From: Lepidodermella squamata
Lineage: Eukaryota > Animalia > Gastrotricha
DNA: 64,000 nucleotides
Direction of reading: 5' to 3'
Assembly (NCBI GenBank): GCA_047495785.1
Contig: JBLDXI010000034.1
Span: 496,001 to 560,000 of the forward strand
Shown: in pieces, positions 13,503 to 25,841 of the stretch
Layout: every line of letters begins with the position of its first letter
How positions within the stretch are numbered: position 1 is the stretch's first letter
Notes under the pieces: model-generated
What the model was told of the DNA's origin: nothing
The model's database searches: none
The model's input: the letters and a program-made list of their open reading frames with translations, nothing else
Position numbers and translations under genes: made by a program

Positions 13503-14751
13503 TTTCTAATATATTTGGATTATATATTTGGATTATATATTTATATATATATTTGGAAGGTATAAGAAAATCGCGAGCATTAGCGCGCTATTTGCCAAAA
13601 TATTACCACTGAATACCACAGCTCATATCAATACCTTTCTAGTGTCGAAGAAATTTGACTTTCAAGGAAGAAGAGAACATAATATAATATAAATCAAACC
13701 AAGGATAACACTTCTTTACTAGGTTCAATGTTTTATTACTGTCGATGCTCACGTAAAACAGGAAAAAAAAATTATAATGCTGCTATAACGTTGATATAAA
13801 TTACAAACAATATATAACTTTTTCGATCACACTCCTCTGAAAATTTCGGAAGCGATAGCATCGCGATACATATACAATAGTAGGGGAGATAACTCATACC
13901 TCTTATCTCGAATTATCTCGAATCAAAACGTCCTTCTTACCGCAGAAGGACAGATAGTTCCGCTATCTCCTATCTCCCATGATTTTATCAAGCTCAGGAC
14001 TCAGCTACTCGACCTATATTTTTGAGGACAATTCTATCTTTGTATGATATATGATATAGTACGAGAAAAGAGTTCATATCTGAACGGAGCCGGCCGGGAT
14101 TTACGAAACGAGTCGCAGACGAGTGGAGATGAGTAAATCGAGTGCGGCGATTGCAGAATAGTCCTTTGTTCAGGAGACGCCACATCATCGCAATAAATCG
14201 CAATGAAATAAGACAGGTCTACCTTGCGAGAGTAAAGCTAAGACCAAGATCCCGTCAAATCCCATCATTCAAACTTAGGTCATTATGTGTATTTTGAGCG
14301 CAGCTAATTTTGATTGAGAAGTAAGTTAACCAATGAATAGACAAATTCGAATTTATTTTTGCAAATACCGACCGCTGAGTTTGCTCGTTCACGGTCGTGA
14401 TGCGATTCTTTATCTTTATCTTGCAAAGAATTATTCATCTTCTACGCAAACCAAATTTTTCTTGTTTTTTCTCTGGAAGTGCAACTTGCAAGTTGAATGA
14501 ACTTCAGCCAATTCTTGGAAAAGATAAAACATGACCCGGACGCCTCCACCAGCACGCCTCCTCAGAGATAGAAACACATTACTTACTCCGCATCCATGGG
14601 TATTTGATATGATAAGACAAGCTGCTTATCGCCGCAACTTGATAGCAATTGCTTGTTCTTACTGTCGCTTATTTCAACGTTTTATCCACAGTTGCCTATT
14701 TTGCGTGGTCTATTTGTCTTCTCAGCAGTCAAATTCAGCCCCGGATTGAAC

Positions 14752-16982
14752 ATGGATTCAAGAACGTATCAATCAATGTCGCAGTTCAATGTTATTGGCA
14801 AACCCTTGTGCTATAGTCGCTTACGAACGTCTCTGTTGTGCGAACGTAAAGGGAGCCCCGAAGAACGTGTGGTTGTCAAAGAAACAAACTTGACACAACT
14901 TGCAAAGGACTTCAAGGGAATGGGCGAACTTCTCTGCGAAAGAGTGAGTTTTTGAATTTCTGTCCAAAATTATGAGGAGTTAGAACGGGGATGATAGCGA
15001 GCTTGCTTCAAGAAAAAAGGTGGCATCAGTGCGCGAATTTCAGGGAGGGAAAAAGGGAAAGATGGGGGGAAGGGGGATCCTACTTCGCAAATAACTGGGT
15101 GGGATCATCCTGTAGGGAACAGCCTGCAATAAACTCTTAGAATTCATATAACATGCGTATTTTCAAATCGCAGGACTCGCTAATGGTCAATATCAGCCAT
15201 GCAAACTTGGCGAAGGTTTTCGGCGTCTTCGAAGGTAACTTCTTCATTCTACATTATTTCTTAGTAATAATATTCCAACTATAGAGACATATTCCGGGGA
15301 AGATTTTTCTTCTCTTAACTGCACGATGAGATATTTGGTAATGGAGTTTTGCGAGGGAGGAAGTTTCGAAAGCCTGATCGCGACTGAGACCAGACCCATC
15401 CCGGAAATTATGCTTCAAATATGGTCGCGCCAACTCGTATCAGCTTTGGCTTTTCTTCACGGCCGAAGTATCGTTCATCGCAACATAACGACAAGCAATG
15501 TACTGCTAACAGAAGACCGAGGCACAGCGAAACTAGCTGACTTGGGAATCATCGAGAAATTAGACATAAACAGTGGCTCACAACTTTTTGCTCTAGTGAA
15601 GTGGAAAACTTCGCCTCCTGAGGTATTAAATCCTGAAGAATTAAAGCGCAAACCGAAATCAGCTGCAAGTGATGTTTGGTCGTTTGGATTCACGCTCTTC
15701 AAATTAGCCAACTTTTATGAACCAGTATGAGAATGATCTTGAGTGATTGACTACTGAGTGTTACTTATTAATATTCCAGTTCCTCAATATGGCGACTATT
15801 TCGAGGTAAATCTATGAGTTTGACGCACTTATGAGTTGACTCCGACTGAAATTTATAATAACTTTAGTAATGACTTGAAACCTTTTGACGAGTCACTTGG
15901 CTATTCCAATGAATTCCGGGATTTTGTCATGTCAATGCTTGCCGTCAATCCTGGCGATCGACCTACCTCAACTCAGCTTCAAGAAAACAGTTTTCTGTTG
16001 AAATCAACACCCATGCGGTATACGAAGGTATGATGAATTTTCCGTATCTTACATCTGAATTGTTACAACCCATGCATATTCTTCAGCCGGACCAATCAGT
16101 CGCCGAACCCAACAAAGATGCTGTTAGGGTATATTCGGAATATTTTACCTTTCTCGCTTGATCCATTCTGGAAATAACTAGGAGCTGCTTGACTGCGTGC
16201 GTCGGCGGAAAGACTTGCTGAAATTGGTGCAACTACTGTCGAACAGTGACCTAAATCTTAGCCCTGACTGCATGGACGAAGAGGGTTACCCTCTGCTGTA
16301 CCTTGCGGCTTATAATGGCTACAGTGACATTGTGGAAACTCTAGTCAAGCAATTTGATGCTGACATTGAGGTCCGTAATAGTCATGGCATGTCGCCACTA
16401 TTTGCAGCCGCATTCGAGGGCCACGTCGAGGTGGTGAGGATGTTGGCTGGTGGGTTCAACGCCGACGTGAATAGGGCCGATAAAGATTGCTGGACGCCAC
16501 TGTGGACCGCCGCCTACAAGGGCCACGTCGAGGTGGTGAAGATGCTGGTTGGCGAGTTCAACGCCGACGTGAATAGGGCCACAACCGATGGTCGAACGCC
16601 ACTGTACGCCGCCGCTGATATCGGCCACGTCGAGGTGGTGAGGCTATTGGCTGGCGAGTTCAATGCCGACGTGAATAAGTCCTCAAATATTTGCTGGACA
16701 CCACTGTGGACCGCCGCCTACAATGGTCACGTCGAGGTGGTGCGGACGTTGGCTCATGAGTTCAAAGCCGACGTTAATAAGGCCGCGATTGATGGCTGGA
16801 CGCCGCTTTACGCCGCCGCATGTCAAGGCCACGTCGAGGTGGTGAGGACGTTGGCAGGCGAGTTCAAAGCCGACGTGAATAAGGCCACAAATTTAGGCTC
16901 GACGCCACTGGAGGTCGCCACCCGGCATGGCCATGTCGAGGTGATTGAGGCGCTAGGTGGCCGATATAACGCTAAAGTATAA
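14752..16982 (+). CDS. Pseudokinase-ankyrin protein, copy 2 (7 exons, 7 ankyrin repeats)
   Basis: Exons 14752-14943, 15174-15234, 15285-15724, 15780-15805, 15868-16027, 16087-16128 and 16182-16982 splice in frame with GT-AG boundaries. Confidence 0.85.
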
Positions 16983-19900
16983 GCTGCGCGGAACGAGGGT
17001 GCGACGCAGCATTTATGGCAGTCGCATATCACGGTGTTGGTGATATTCTCCTCATCATAGTCACTTTCGACTGCGTAGATCGCCGTTATTAGACAGCCTT
17101 GCATAGGGCTGAGAACTGTTATGCCAGCATTGCTGCCGATGACAAGCGCAAGACTAGCGTTAACCGCAAGCGGCAAAAGTCAATCTGCTCATCATCATCT
17201 GGAAAAATCCTATCGAATGACAATCGAAATACTCGTGGTCGTGATGTTGTAATTGCGTGATTTGTAACTGTTAACAGAAAACTCGACCGAATTACTTCAT
17301 GTCTTAAACTACTCTGAATTAGTCATTTTCACGTCCCGATCGATAGCAGGTGTAATCTTGAGCATAAGCAAAACTATAAATTAATGCGCCGTGGCTTAAT
17401 GAGCCATTCGGGCGGAAGCTTACTTACGGCTCTGAAAATACGGTATAACGAGATGGAAAAGCTCATTTGTTGAACTGCCATTTTTTCCATGCGGTGAATT
17501 GATCGCGCAATTGTTCTCATGTGACGCGATTTCGCCAGTAATATTTTGAGCCTCAGATAATATCAATGCATTCACATTAGCAAACTTTGAGCCAAGATGA
17601 GAGAAGCAATAATAATAAATCGGATATTTGTTATTACAGCGGCTTTCCTTGATAAAAATTGGCATACTTTACTTAAAGTTGGATCGTATGTGTCAACATA
17701 GTTTGTTTCTATTTCCGGCACACTATTATGGCACGCAAGTTGCGACATTCGCCTCGAATCTATTTTTAAAGGATGAACTTTTGAACTACTCATGGCGGCT
17801 ATTTGCTGTTTCTGATATCAGCAACAGCATCATCATCACTGGAAACTCAGCACTAAGAGAAAAACCTGCTAAAAGTTGCGAAAATTCGAAAATTTACAAA
17901 AAATCAGTGGAATGGTTGCCGCCTGTAATATTTATATCAGCTTGTAAGGGAGATGTTTATATGTAAGTGGGCAAAAATTTAGCCAAATCGGCTATGAAGC
18001 TATTTGAGCCTAACATATTAATTTATCTGTGCTAGCTTCTTAACACCAGTTCGGCGTTCCGATCTGAAGAGGAAGGTTCACGGTGGTCTGTGATCTGATT
18101 ACTTGGGGGTTTGACGTTGTTCGAATGAAAATGAAATTACCGGTATGAACTAGCGAGATGAAGCTAGGATGAAGATTCCGTCAGATCCCATCGTAATATT
18201 TTGAGCATAAAAAATTAATTGATCAGAGTGCACACTCACGCTTTCTTCTTGAAACAAAAACTTTTTTTTGCGTGCGCGCATCTTTTTTGAAAACATGCAT
18301 GTTTACTCCTTGTAAATTGTCATACCCATTTAAAATTTCTGATAAGGTGGATAGCTCATTTTCACTGTGCCACTAGTCTCTATTGCAATTGCTATTATAA
18401 GTAGGATACTTCATGAAACAAAAATGTCGGCATGCCGACCAATTGGCTGAAAAGATAAAATCCTGACCAAGCTGATTCTACTGGCACACCACTGATATGT
18501 AGTATGATACACGAGCTTCTTATCGCCGAAGCTTGACAAAAATTGTGTTTATTTCACGCTTTTATCCTGTGTCATATTTCGAAAGGACTATTTTTCGTCT
18601 CAGCCGTAAGCATCAGCTTGTTTAGATTGAATATGAATTCAGGGACGTATCGGTCTATTTCGGAGTTCTCTGTTATTGAAACCTTGCGTCATGCCACCTT
18701 ACGAACATCTATGTTGTGCGAACGTAATAGGAGTCCTGCAGAACGCGTGGTTATAAAAAAAACCAACTTGACAGACCTTGAAAAAACCTTCAAAGGAATT
18801 GCTGAACTTCTCCGCAAAAGAGTGAGTTTGAAGTGCTACCACTTAAGATTCAACATTATAATGAGGATAGTGAAGTTCTTGAATGATAAAGGTGCGATTA
18901 GCCTGGGGAAACGGCCGGAAAACTCCCAGAATTTATAATTGAAGTATATTTTAAAATGGTCGCAGGATTCGCAAATGATCAATATCAGCCATGACAACAT
19001 AGCCAGGATTTCCGGCTGTTTCGAAGGTTTGCAATCCATTTTTTGATACCAACATTAGCTAAAGGTTTTATATCACAGAGGAATTGCAAGGTTCTAACAT
19101 GAGGTATTTGGTGATCGAGTTTTGCGAGGGTGGAAGTTTCGAAAGCCTGATCACGACGGAGACTGCACCAATCCCTGAAATCATGCTTCAAATATGGTCG
19201 CGCCAACTCGTATCAGCTTTGGCTTACCTTCACGGCCGAAGAATTGTTCATCGCAACATAACGACAAGCAATGTACTTCTAACAGGAGACCGCGGCACAG
19301 CGAAACTAGCTGATTTGGGAATCGTCCAGAAATTAGACGCGTAAGATTGACAAGGGGCATATTTTCATCGATAAATTCGATATCCAATATTCAAACTAGT
19401 GGGTCACGAATGACCGCTCTAGCTGCGTGGTACCCTTCCGCTCCTGAGGTATTGAAAAGCGAACCGAAATCCCCTGCAAGTGATGTTTGGTCGTTGGGAT
19501 TTTCGCTCTTCAAACTAGCCAACTTCCACGAACCAGTATGAGAATGATAAATGATCTCAAATAATTGGTTGCTAAGTTTTTTTTTATCTTTTCCAGTTTG
19601 TCTCTACGCCAAGTATACTGATGTGCCGGGGGAACCCCCGTACTGTCGCCATTCGTGTCGTGGAAATCTTTGTTTCTTTGTTTGTATGTATGCACCCATG
19701 TGCACTGCTTGACTACACGCCTACGTACACGCCTACATAAACGCACACCTTATGTGCACACCATGACTACACGATTTGAATTTGAATTTGAATTTGATAT
19801 TTTGATATTGTATGGGATTTGTCTCCCCTGTTTATGTGATCTCAATGAACAATAAATATTTGAATTTAGAATTTAGTATGCACCCATGCGCAATGTGTGT

Positions 19901-22577
19901 GTAAGGCTTGACTACACGCTTACATAACGCAATCTGCAAAACATGACTACCCGCCTACATCACTCCACAGCCCACAGCCAAAAAGGAAGTCATTCCAACC
20001 ACTAGCCACTCGAACCTTAAATTGCCGGGTAAACCTTTGCGCACGGACGGAAAGTAATTGCTTCTTGCATCGCGATTTTTAGTTCACACTTCACACAGCG
20101 CTCATATCATACAAGAACATCATACAAGGCCACTTGATACGAACCAAACCGTAAACCTTAGCCCAAGTTCATGCCGTCGTGAACGTTTGAATTTCGAATA
20201 GTGTAAGCAATGAAGTGGTGCAGGACAGCTTGTTCAGAACCCATGTGTTTTTCCGCAGCTTTTCTTGCCGCTTGCCGAATTTTTACGAAGTCTTACGAAA
20301 GTTTGCCGTGAAAGCCTCGTAAAACTGCGGCAAAATGTGCATTACATTACATATATGCGGGGCAGTAGCTCGTTCGAAACTGTGTGCTTCGATGCTCCGG
20401 AGTCAACGGCAAAATTTCGTAAAAGACTTCATAAAAACGTCTCCGTCTCTAATGGACGATCAGCATGTGTCCGAATCGATGGCAGATTCAGTGTCTTGTG
20501 TCTTCTTAGTCTTGCAAATCAAGAAAGAATTCGACTGCTTCTTCATACAGTTCATCGCCTAGTTCCTGAGCACGGGGGTCATCATTTGCATTGCAGATGA
20601 TGACCCTCGTGCTCTCTCCATACTGATATCCGGACTCTCACTCGCCAACTCTTGCTCTTCGATCGCTGTTTTTCGGCGAAACTCCTCAGCCGCGTCCTAA
20701 CCCAAATAGGTAATATTCCTGGTGGCGATCTAGTTTCCGCCGAACTGACTCTAATGAAGGGCAATTTTCCAATAGACGAAGAGCAGGAATAGCTGAATCC
20801 TGTTTGTCAAGAAACTCCTCCGGGTCTCTGAAACTATTATTGAGCAACAAAGCAAGCCGCGAATAGAGCTCTAGTTTATCAGCGTCTGAATCAAATGAAC
20901 GATAATCTCGAAGTCGAGGGCCGTAAATCTTAGCGACATGTACTTCTCGCCGCAAATATTTCTCAAATCGTATTTCTCAAATCAAATACGTCCTTGTTGG
21001 TGTAACGCTCCTGGAACTCAATGACATTTTGTGATTCGCTCAACTCGACAAACGAATTCGGTCCAAGAGTGGAGTGTGTGGAGAAACACGAAAGTGTATC
21101 GTTGACTCCGGAGCATTGAAGCACACGGTTTCTGAACGAGCTGCGAGCTGCCCCGCACAACTTCATTGCCTACGATCTCTTGCCTACGAGTTTGTTGCGG
21201 CAACTTTTGCTCTTTTTCATCGTATACTGCCGGCTATTATCGAGCATTTCCCGTGCTCTCATATAAAAACCAAATCTGCCGTGATTTTAATTTGTCGCGA
21301 GTTTACGAGTTTGCTAAAACAAAATTACTAGGTGATCGGAAGCAGCTGATACATTATGTGACCACCCGCAAGTAGGGTTTCGACAAACGGTTTTGATTGG
21401 TGGGCGATCTAAACCGCGGCAAATTCAAACAATGATTTTTTAATTTTTAAAATAATGAATTTTTTTTTTATTTCAACTAATAAAACATAATCTTTATATG
21501 TAACTGTGAAAATTTTGCGGCAACTGGTGATTTTGAAATAGCTGGCGCCACCTGGACTTGCCAAACAGTAAGGGATTGAAAGTTAAACCCGCCATTGTGA
21601 AATCTGACAATCGTTGTCGATCACATCAATTTTTACTTGCATGACTTTGGTACCTTTTGCAACTTTTACAACTACAATCATGAAATCAAACGTTCAATAA
21701 ACAGTTTGAGATTGTTACTATTCTCAGTTTAATGTTTCTTTTTTTTTGGCCGCCCAATATTTTTGAAGGCGCATGACATAAACCTGCATCACTTGACGTG
21801 GTAGTGATTCAGGAAGTGCCGCGCACGTCATCCTCACTATTCTCTTTAGAAGCTTTTGTCGCAATTCCATTGAGTCTGCCGACAGCGCATGGATGTTGAT
21901 ACCCTTCATCAACAAGGGGAGAACATGTGTTGATGTGACTAGACGAATGAATTTATAGTTACGAATCATTGACTTTCGCATTTTAAACTGTTACCATGTG
22001 CATAAGTGGTTAAGTGCCCCACAACTGCCACAAATTTTCGCTCAAAGACCTCGAAATCTGCTTCTGGGTCGCCAGCTAGATCGTTCTTCTCGATGCGCTC
22101 AAAAATTCGCCCCGTACTTAGCAACAGCTCGTCACAATTGTTCAAAAATGCTCGCAAGTCAGTCCGTCTCTTCAAAGATATATGACCATTCTCTAGCTAT
22201 TATCGTTAGAGCAAATTAGCATACTTTTTCCTCAAACCCTCTCTCCAGCGCCTTACGTCGAACCTCATCCAGCGTCCAATCTTTTCGTACAACAACATTA
22301 TGCTTTTGCAGCCATCTTTCAAATACTGCGATGTCCCGGCCATACAAGCCTTTAACCATCTCGACCTCCCAGTCTTCACCCAGGTATTGCATGAGGGATC
22401 CATTCTTTGCAAGGGTCTTCAAAGCCTGCGAATTGTAAGTTCTCACTCATGCTCACTTATAATTACTTGAAAATTACCTCAGTTGTTGCGTGGTGGTTCG
22501 CTCGCTTTATCGCGATTTTCTGATTCGCTTCTTTTGGCGTCGAGACAGTTAGCTTTTTACTGCTGCGCTTAATAACA

Positions 22578-23115
22578 CATTATGCTTCCGTATTGCAGGA
22601 TCAAAGTCCACGTTGTCACGTGGTATGAATAGCTAGTTCTGAGGCGTTATTTTTTTCGTTGCTTCGTCGTTTCGTCGTTTCGTCACTTCGTCATCTTTTA
22701 CAAAAAAACTGACGAAAGAAAAAAAAACGGGGAAAAAAGGAGGATTCGAACCCGGAACCTTAAGGATCAGAACCATGGATTTAAGCCACTATACAATAGG
22801 AGGCTTTCTATCTACAACCGGCAAAAAACGCTTTAGTGTAGCGTTCGTTTAGTATATAAACATGCCGAACGAAGATGACTACCATGACCCAGCACTATTG
22901 CTCAGTGGTTTCGCCTTGTGCGTCATAACCCAATGGTCCCGGGTTCGAATCCTCCTTTTTCCCCGTTTTTTTTTCTTTCGTCAGTTTTTTTGTAAAAGAT
23001 GACGAAGTGACGAAACGACGAAACGACGAAGCAACGAAAAAAATAACGCCTCAGAACTAGCTATTCATACCACGTGACAACGTGGACTTTGATCCTGCAA
23101 TACGGAAGCATAATG
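22578..23115. mobile_element. Foldback MITE related to RAG1-like element 2, with tRNA-like units
   Basis: About 180-bp near-perfect inverted arms starting CATTATGCTTCCGTATTGCAGGATCAAAGTCCAC; 2-bp TSD CA; excision restores the host transposase frame. Confidence 0.9.
22891..22960 (+). other. tRNA-derived (tRNA-iMet-like) Pol III unit inside the MITE
   Basis: A-box-like TTGCTCAGTGG, CATAACCCA anticodon region, B-box GGTTCGAATCC, followed by a T-run; acceptor stem not intact. Confidence 0.55.
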
Positions 23116-25039
23116 CAGCGACAACGTTTTCATAGGCTGTAGTTAAATGCACCTCGCGTAACTTCGTCAGGATCTAAAGTTATGATGATTATATTGTTTT
23201 GTTTCAAATGTCTTATCATACCGCTATAAGTTCACACTCAGTTATGTTGAGTTTGAGGTGCAAGTCACAGGGCACGATCTCAAATAGGTGCGGTGGTAAC
23301 TGAATTAAGGGCAAAAATGTGGCGTGCCAGCCTAGTTCGCATCGTTCGCGTTCATTCAAGTTTGCTAACAAATCTTCCACCAAATCGTAGCGCCTGAGTT
23401 CGCCTTCTGTACCTGTTACAAAGTTTTTCGTGCAGAACAAGCAGCCGAAATTAGCACTATGATGCCCGCATGCTAATAGCCAAACCATCATTGGATAATC
23501 GCAGCAAAGTATCAATTTAAAGTTGTATTTTTTCCCGTCATGTTCCACGCCGTTCAACACCCATTCCACAACCTCGTCGACTACTGGGCGAATATATTCG
23601 CGCGCAGTCTCGTAGCTTTCCTTGCCCTCATAAATGAGCATCTGGAATTCTTCTTCCAGGCCAATTTTATCTTTTTTATCAGCGAAGCACATAGTAGCTT
23701 GTACCCAACCGTCACTGACGTCTGTGCGTCCGGGTGTGCCATCAACTTGGAAGCGTATTTCATTGATTTGTTCTGTGCTCAAATAACCGATTTCCACCCA
23801 TTTCGGCAGATATTCGCGCAAGCTAATGCGAACGCCTTTTTCAGTTTCAGCATCTACTCAAAGGACATTTTTATCTGGAATGTGTATAATTCATAATATT
23901 TACCGCTTGGGACCTTCAGTATATCTAGCATAGTTGCCAATGATCGCCGCGCTTTACGCAGCGTTCGTCGCGAGATATTCTCATTTCCGACCGTTTTTGC
24001 AATTGGCAATGCCGCTCTCGAAGAAACAATTTTATCTGCCATCTCTTCCGCGACCCTGTTTGCGATACTTTTTTTAAATATTATTTATGCTAACTCATAC
24101 TCACCTGTTGCACAAATCATTTTTGGTGATTTCCACGTTTTCACCTGGTGGGACGCTAACTGATACTTCTCCAACGTCTTTGAGCCGCATCGTCATTGTC
24201 ATGCTTTCCACTTCCTGATCTCCCAAATAATGGCGAAAAGCCGCGCTGCTTTTAACACCGTCCAGTATCACTTTAATTGCTTCCTTGGCTCTTGTCACCT
24301 TCTGCCAGCGGCACAGCGTGGAATACGGCTTGCGTCCCACAAACTTCAGCTTCGGCCTGATAACCCGCGTGTAGCGCAAAATTGCTGGTTGTCCATTTAC
24401 ATCTTGTCCGATAGGAATATTATTATTCGGTACATCCATATTTTACCTGATACCTAAACGCAAAATCGATTTTAGTAATTTTATTGCTATTGATAATGAC
24501 ACAAGACGTCGACATTATAAGCCACATCCGAATTGCCCTCTGTAGGTTTCTGTCTAGCCGTAGAAAGCTTCGACGATTTCGCGTGGACAACTCTCGCGCT
24601 GCTAGCATTGAAGTTATCTCATCGCGTCGTAGTTTTATGAGACATTTTTCTCGGTAGTTTCTTACTCATCTATCAATTTTTCACAAAATCTCGCATTAGA
24701 TTTGGATCTATCCGCCGTCGAATGGTTATAAGCTACGAAGAAATGTGCGATGTTTGCGGCGACTTGTCAGGCCTAAACCGACAGTTTTTAGTTAGCGATT
24801 ATCCTTTTTTTCTCAGATGGTATCGCACGTGAGTTCTTTCAACGTACCTGAGCATTTGTTAGTTGATAGATCAAAAAATTAGGGACGAATCTAAATCAAT
24901 TGGAGCTGTTCGTATTCGCTTCCGCTACCGCCAAATTTAACTTACCTCTTCAACTTACTTCATCATCTCTAAATCCATCTTTAAATTAGTTTGCATTGCA
25001 ATTCTTTAAATATTCGCCGTTTTTTAGAAATTTCGCCTT

Positions 25040-25841
25040 ATTTTATCAAAATATGGTCAAGCTAAAAGTTTTTTGCGGCTCCGTCGCAAAAATTATTATA
25101 TTTCCGGCGGCCGAACTTGATTCGCTGGTTTCTCTTCGCGGAAAAATCGGCGCCAGTTTTCGCCTCACCAGCGATTTTTCACTGTCGTACCGGGACGGCG
25201 ATGACGACTTTCTCCTCACAGAGGAGTCTGAGCTGGTCGACGCCATCAACGGCCAGGCGGAGCTGCGGATATCTGTTGGCCCGCCCGTCCCGGCAGCAAT
25301 CGACATGACGATCGACTTCAACTCGACCAGGACCTGCAAATCCCCAGTCAAGTCGGTGTTGAAGTCACCTGGGCGTGTGTCGTTTGCGCCGCCACTTGGA
25401 TCTGCCCCGACACCCGGCTCCGCGCCTACTTCAACTTCGCCCCCGAACCAGCCTGTATTGCCCCGGGAATACCAGGCCTTCTTGAGCGCCCTCCTGGCCA
25501 GCAGCCAACGTCAGCCGGCCCCTCCGGCCAGTCGCCATTTCCCTGACGAACAGCACGCCGCAACGCCACGCCGTTCGAAGCGGCCCGAAAAAGGGGCATC
25601 CGGGCTTCCCGCACCTGGAACACGTTACAGCGACGCAGAATACACGGCGTTCGATCGCTACCTCGACTGGCTCGGCGAGCATGATGCCATCTCGTTCGAG
25701 TCGATCGACGACTTCGCCCTTGAAGACGATTTTGATTTTTGGCGGTGCTTCGGAACCCGTTCGCATTCCGCGGTACTAACGAAGCTGACGGCCTACCGCC
25801 GCGAACGTCGCGTACCTGACGCCACCCGCCGCAGGCGCTGA
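25040..25841 (+). CDS. PB1-like domain, Pro-rich linker and C-terminal Myb/SANT-like domain; second gene of RAG1-like element 1
   Basis: VKLKVF...FSLSYRDGDDDFLLTEESEL (PB1 Lys and acidic OPCA-like motif); RYSDAEYTAF...FGTRSHSAVLTKL; intact GC-rich ORF (start approximate). Confidence 0.65.

Larger units (their letters stand above)
10203..13837 (-). mobile_element. PIF/Harbinger transposon with three same-strand ORFs
   Basis: TIR GAGGAGTGTGATCG, 3-bp TSD TGA (10200-10202 and 13838-13840), internal HARBI1-like transposase and Myb/SANT-like gene. Confidence 0.88.
21724..24439 (-). pseudogene. RAG1-core/Transib-like DDE transposase, multi-exon, disrupted
   Basis: GRKPYSTLCRWQKVTR (NBD-like), FQVDG, CCDY, CLFC, DLHLKLNI and spliced YAHVTSTHV..SADSME; MITE insertion, stops and frameshifts. 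Confidence 0.8.

Noticed and set aside
22891-22960. Functional tRNA-Met gene
   Set aside because: Acceptor and anticodon stems do not pair; it lies inside a MITE
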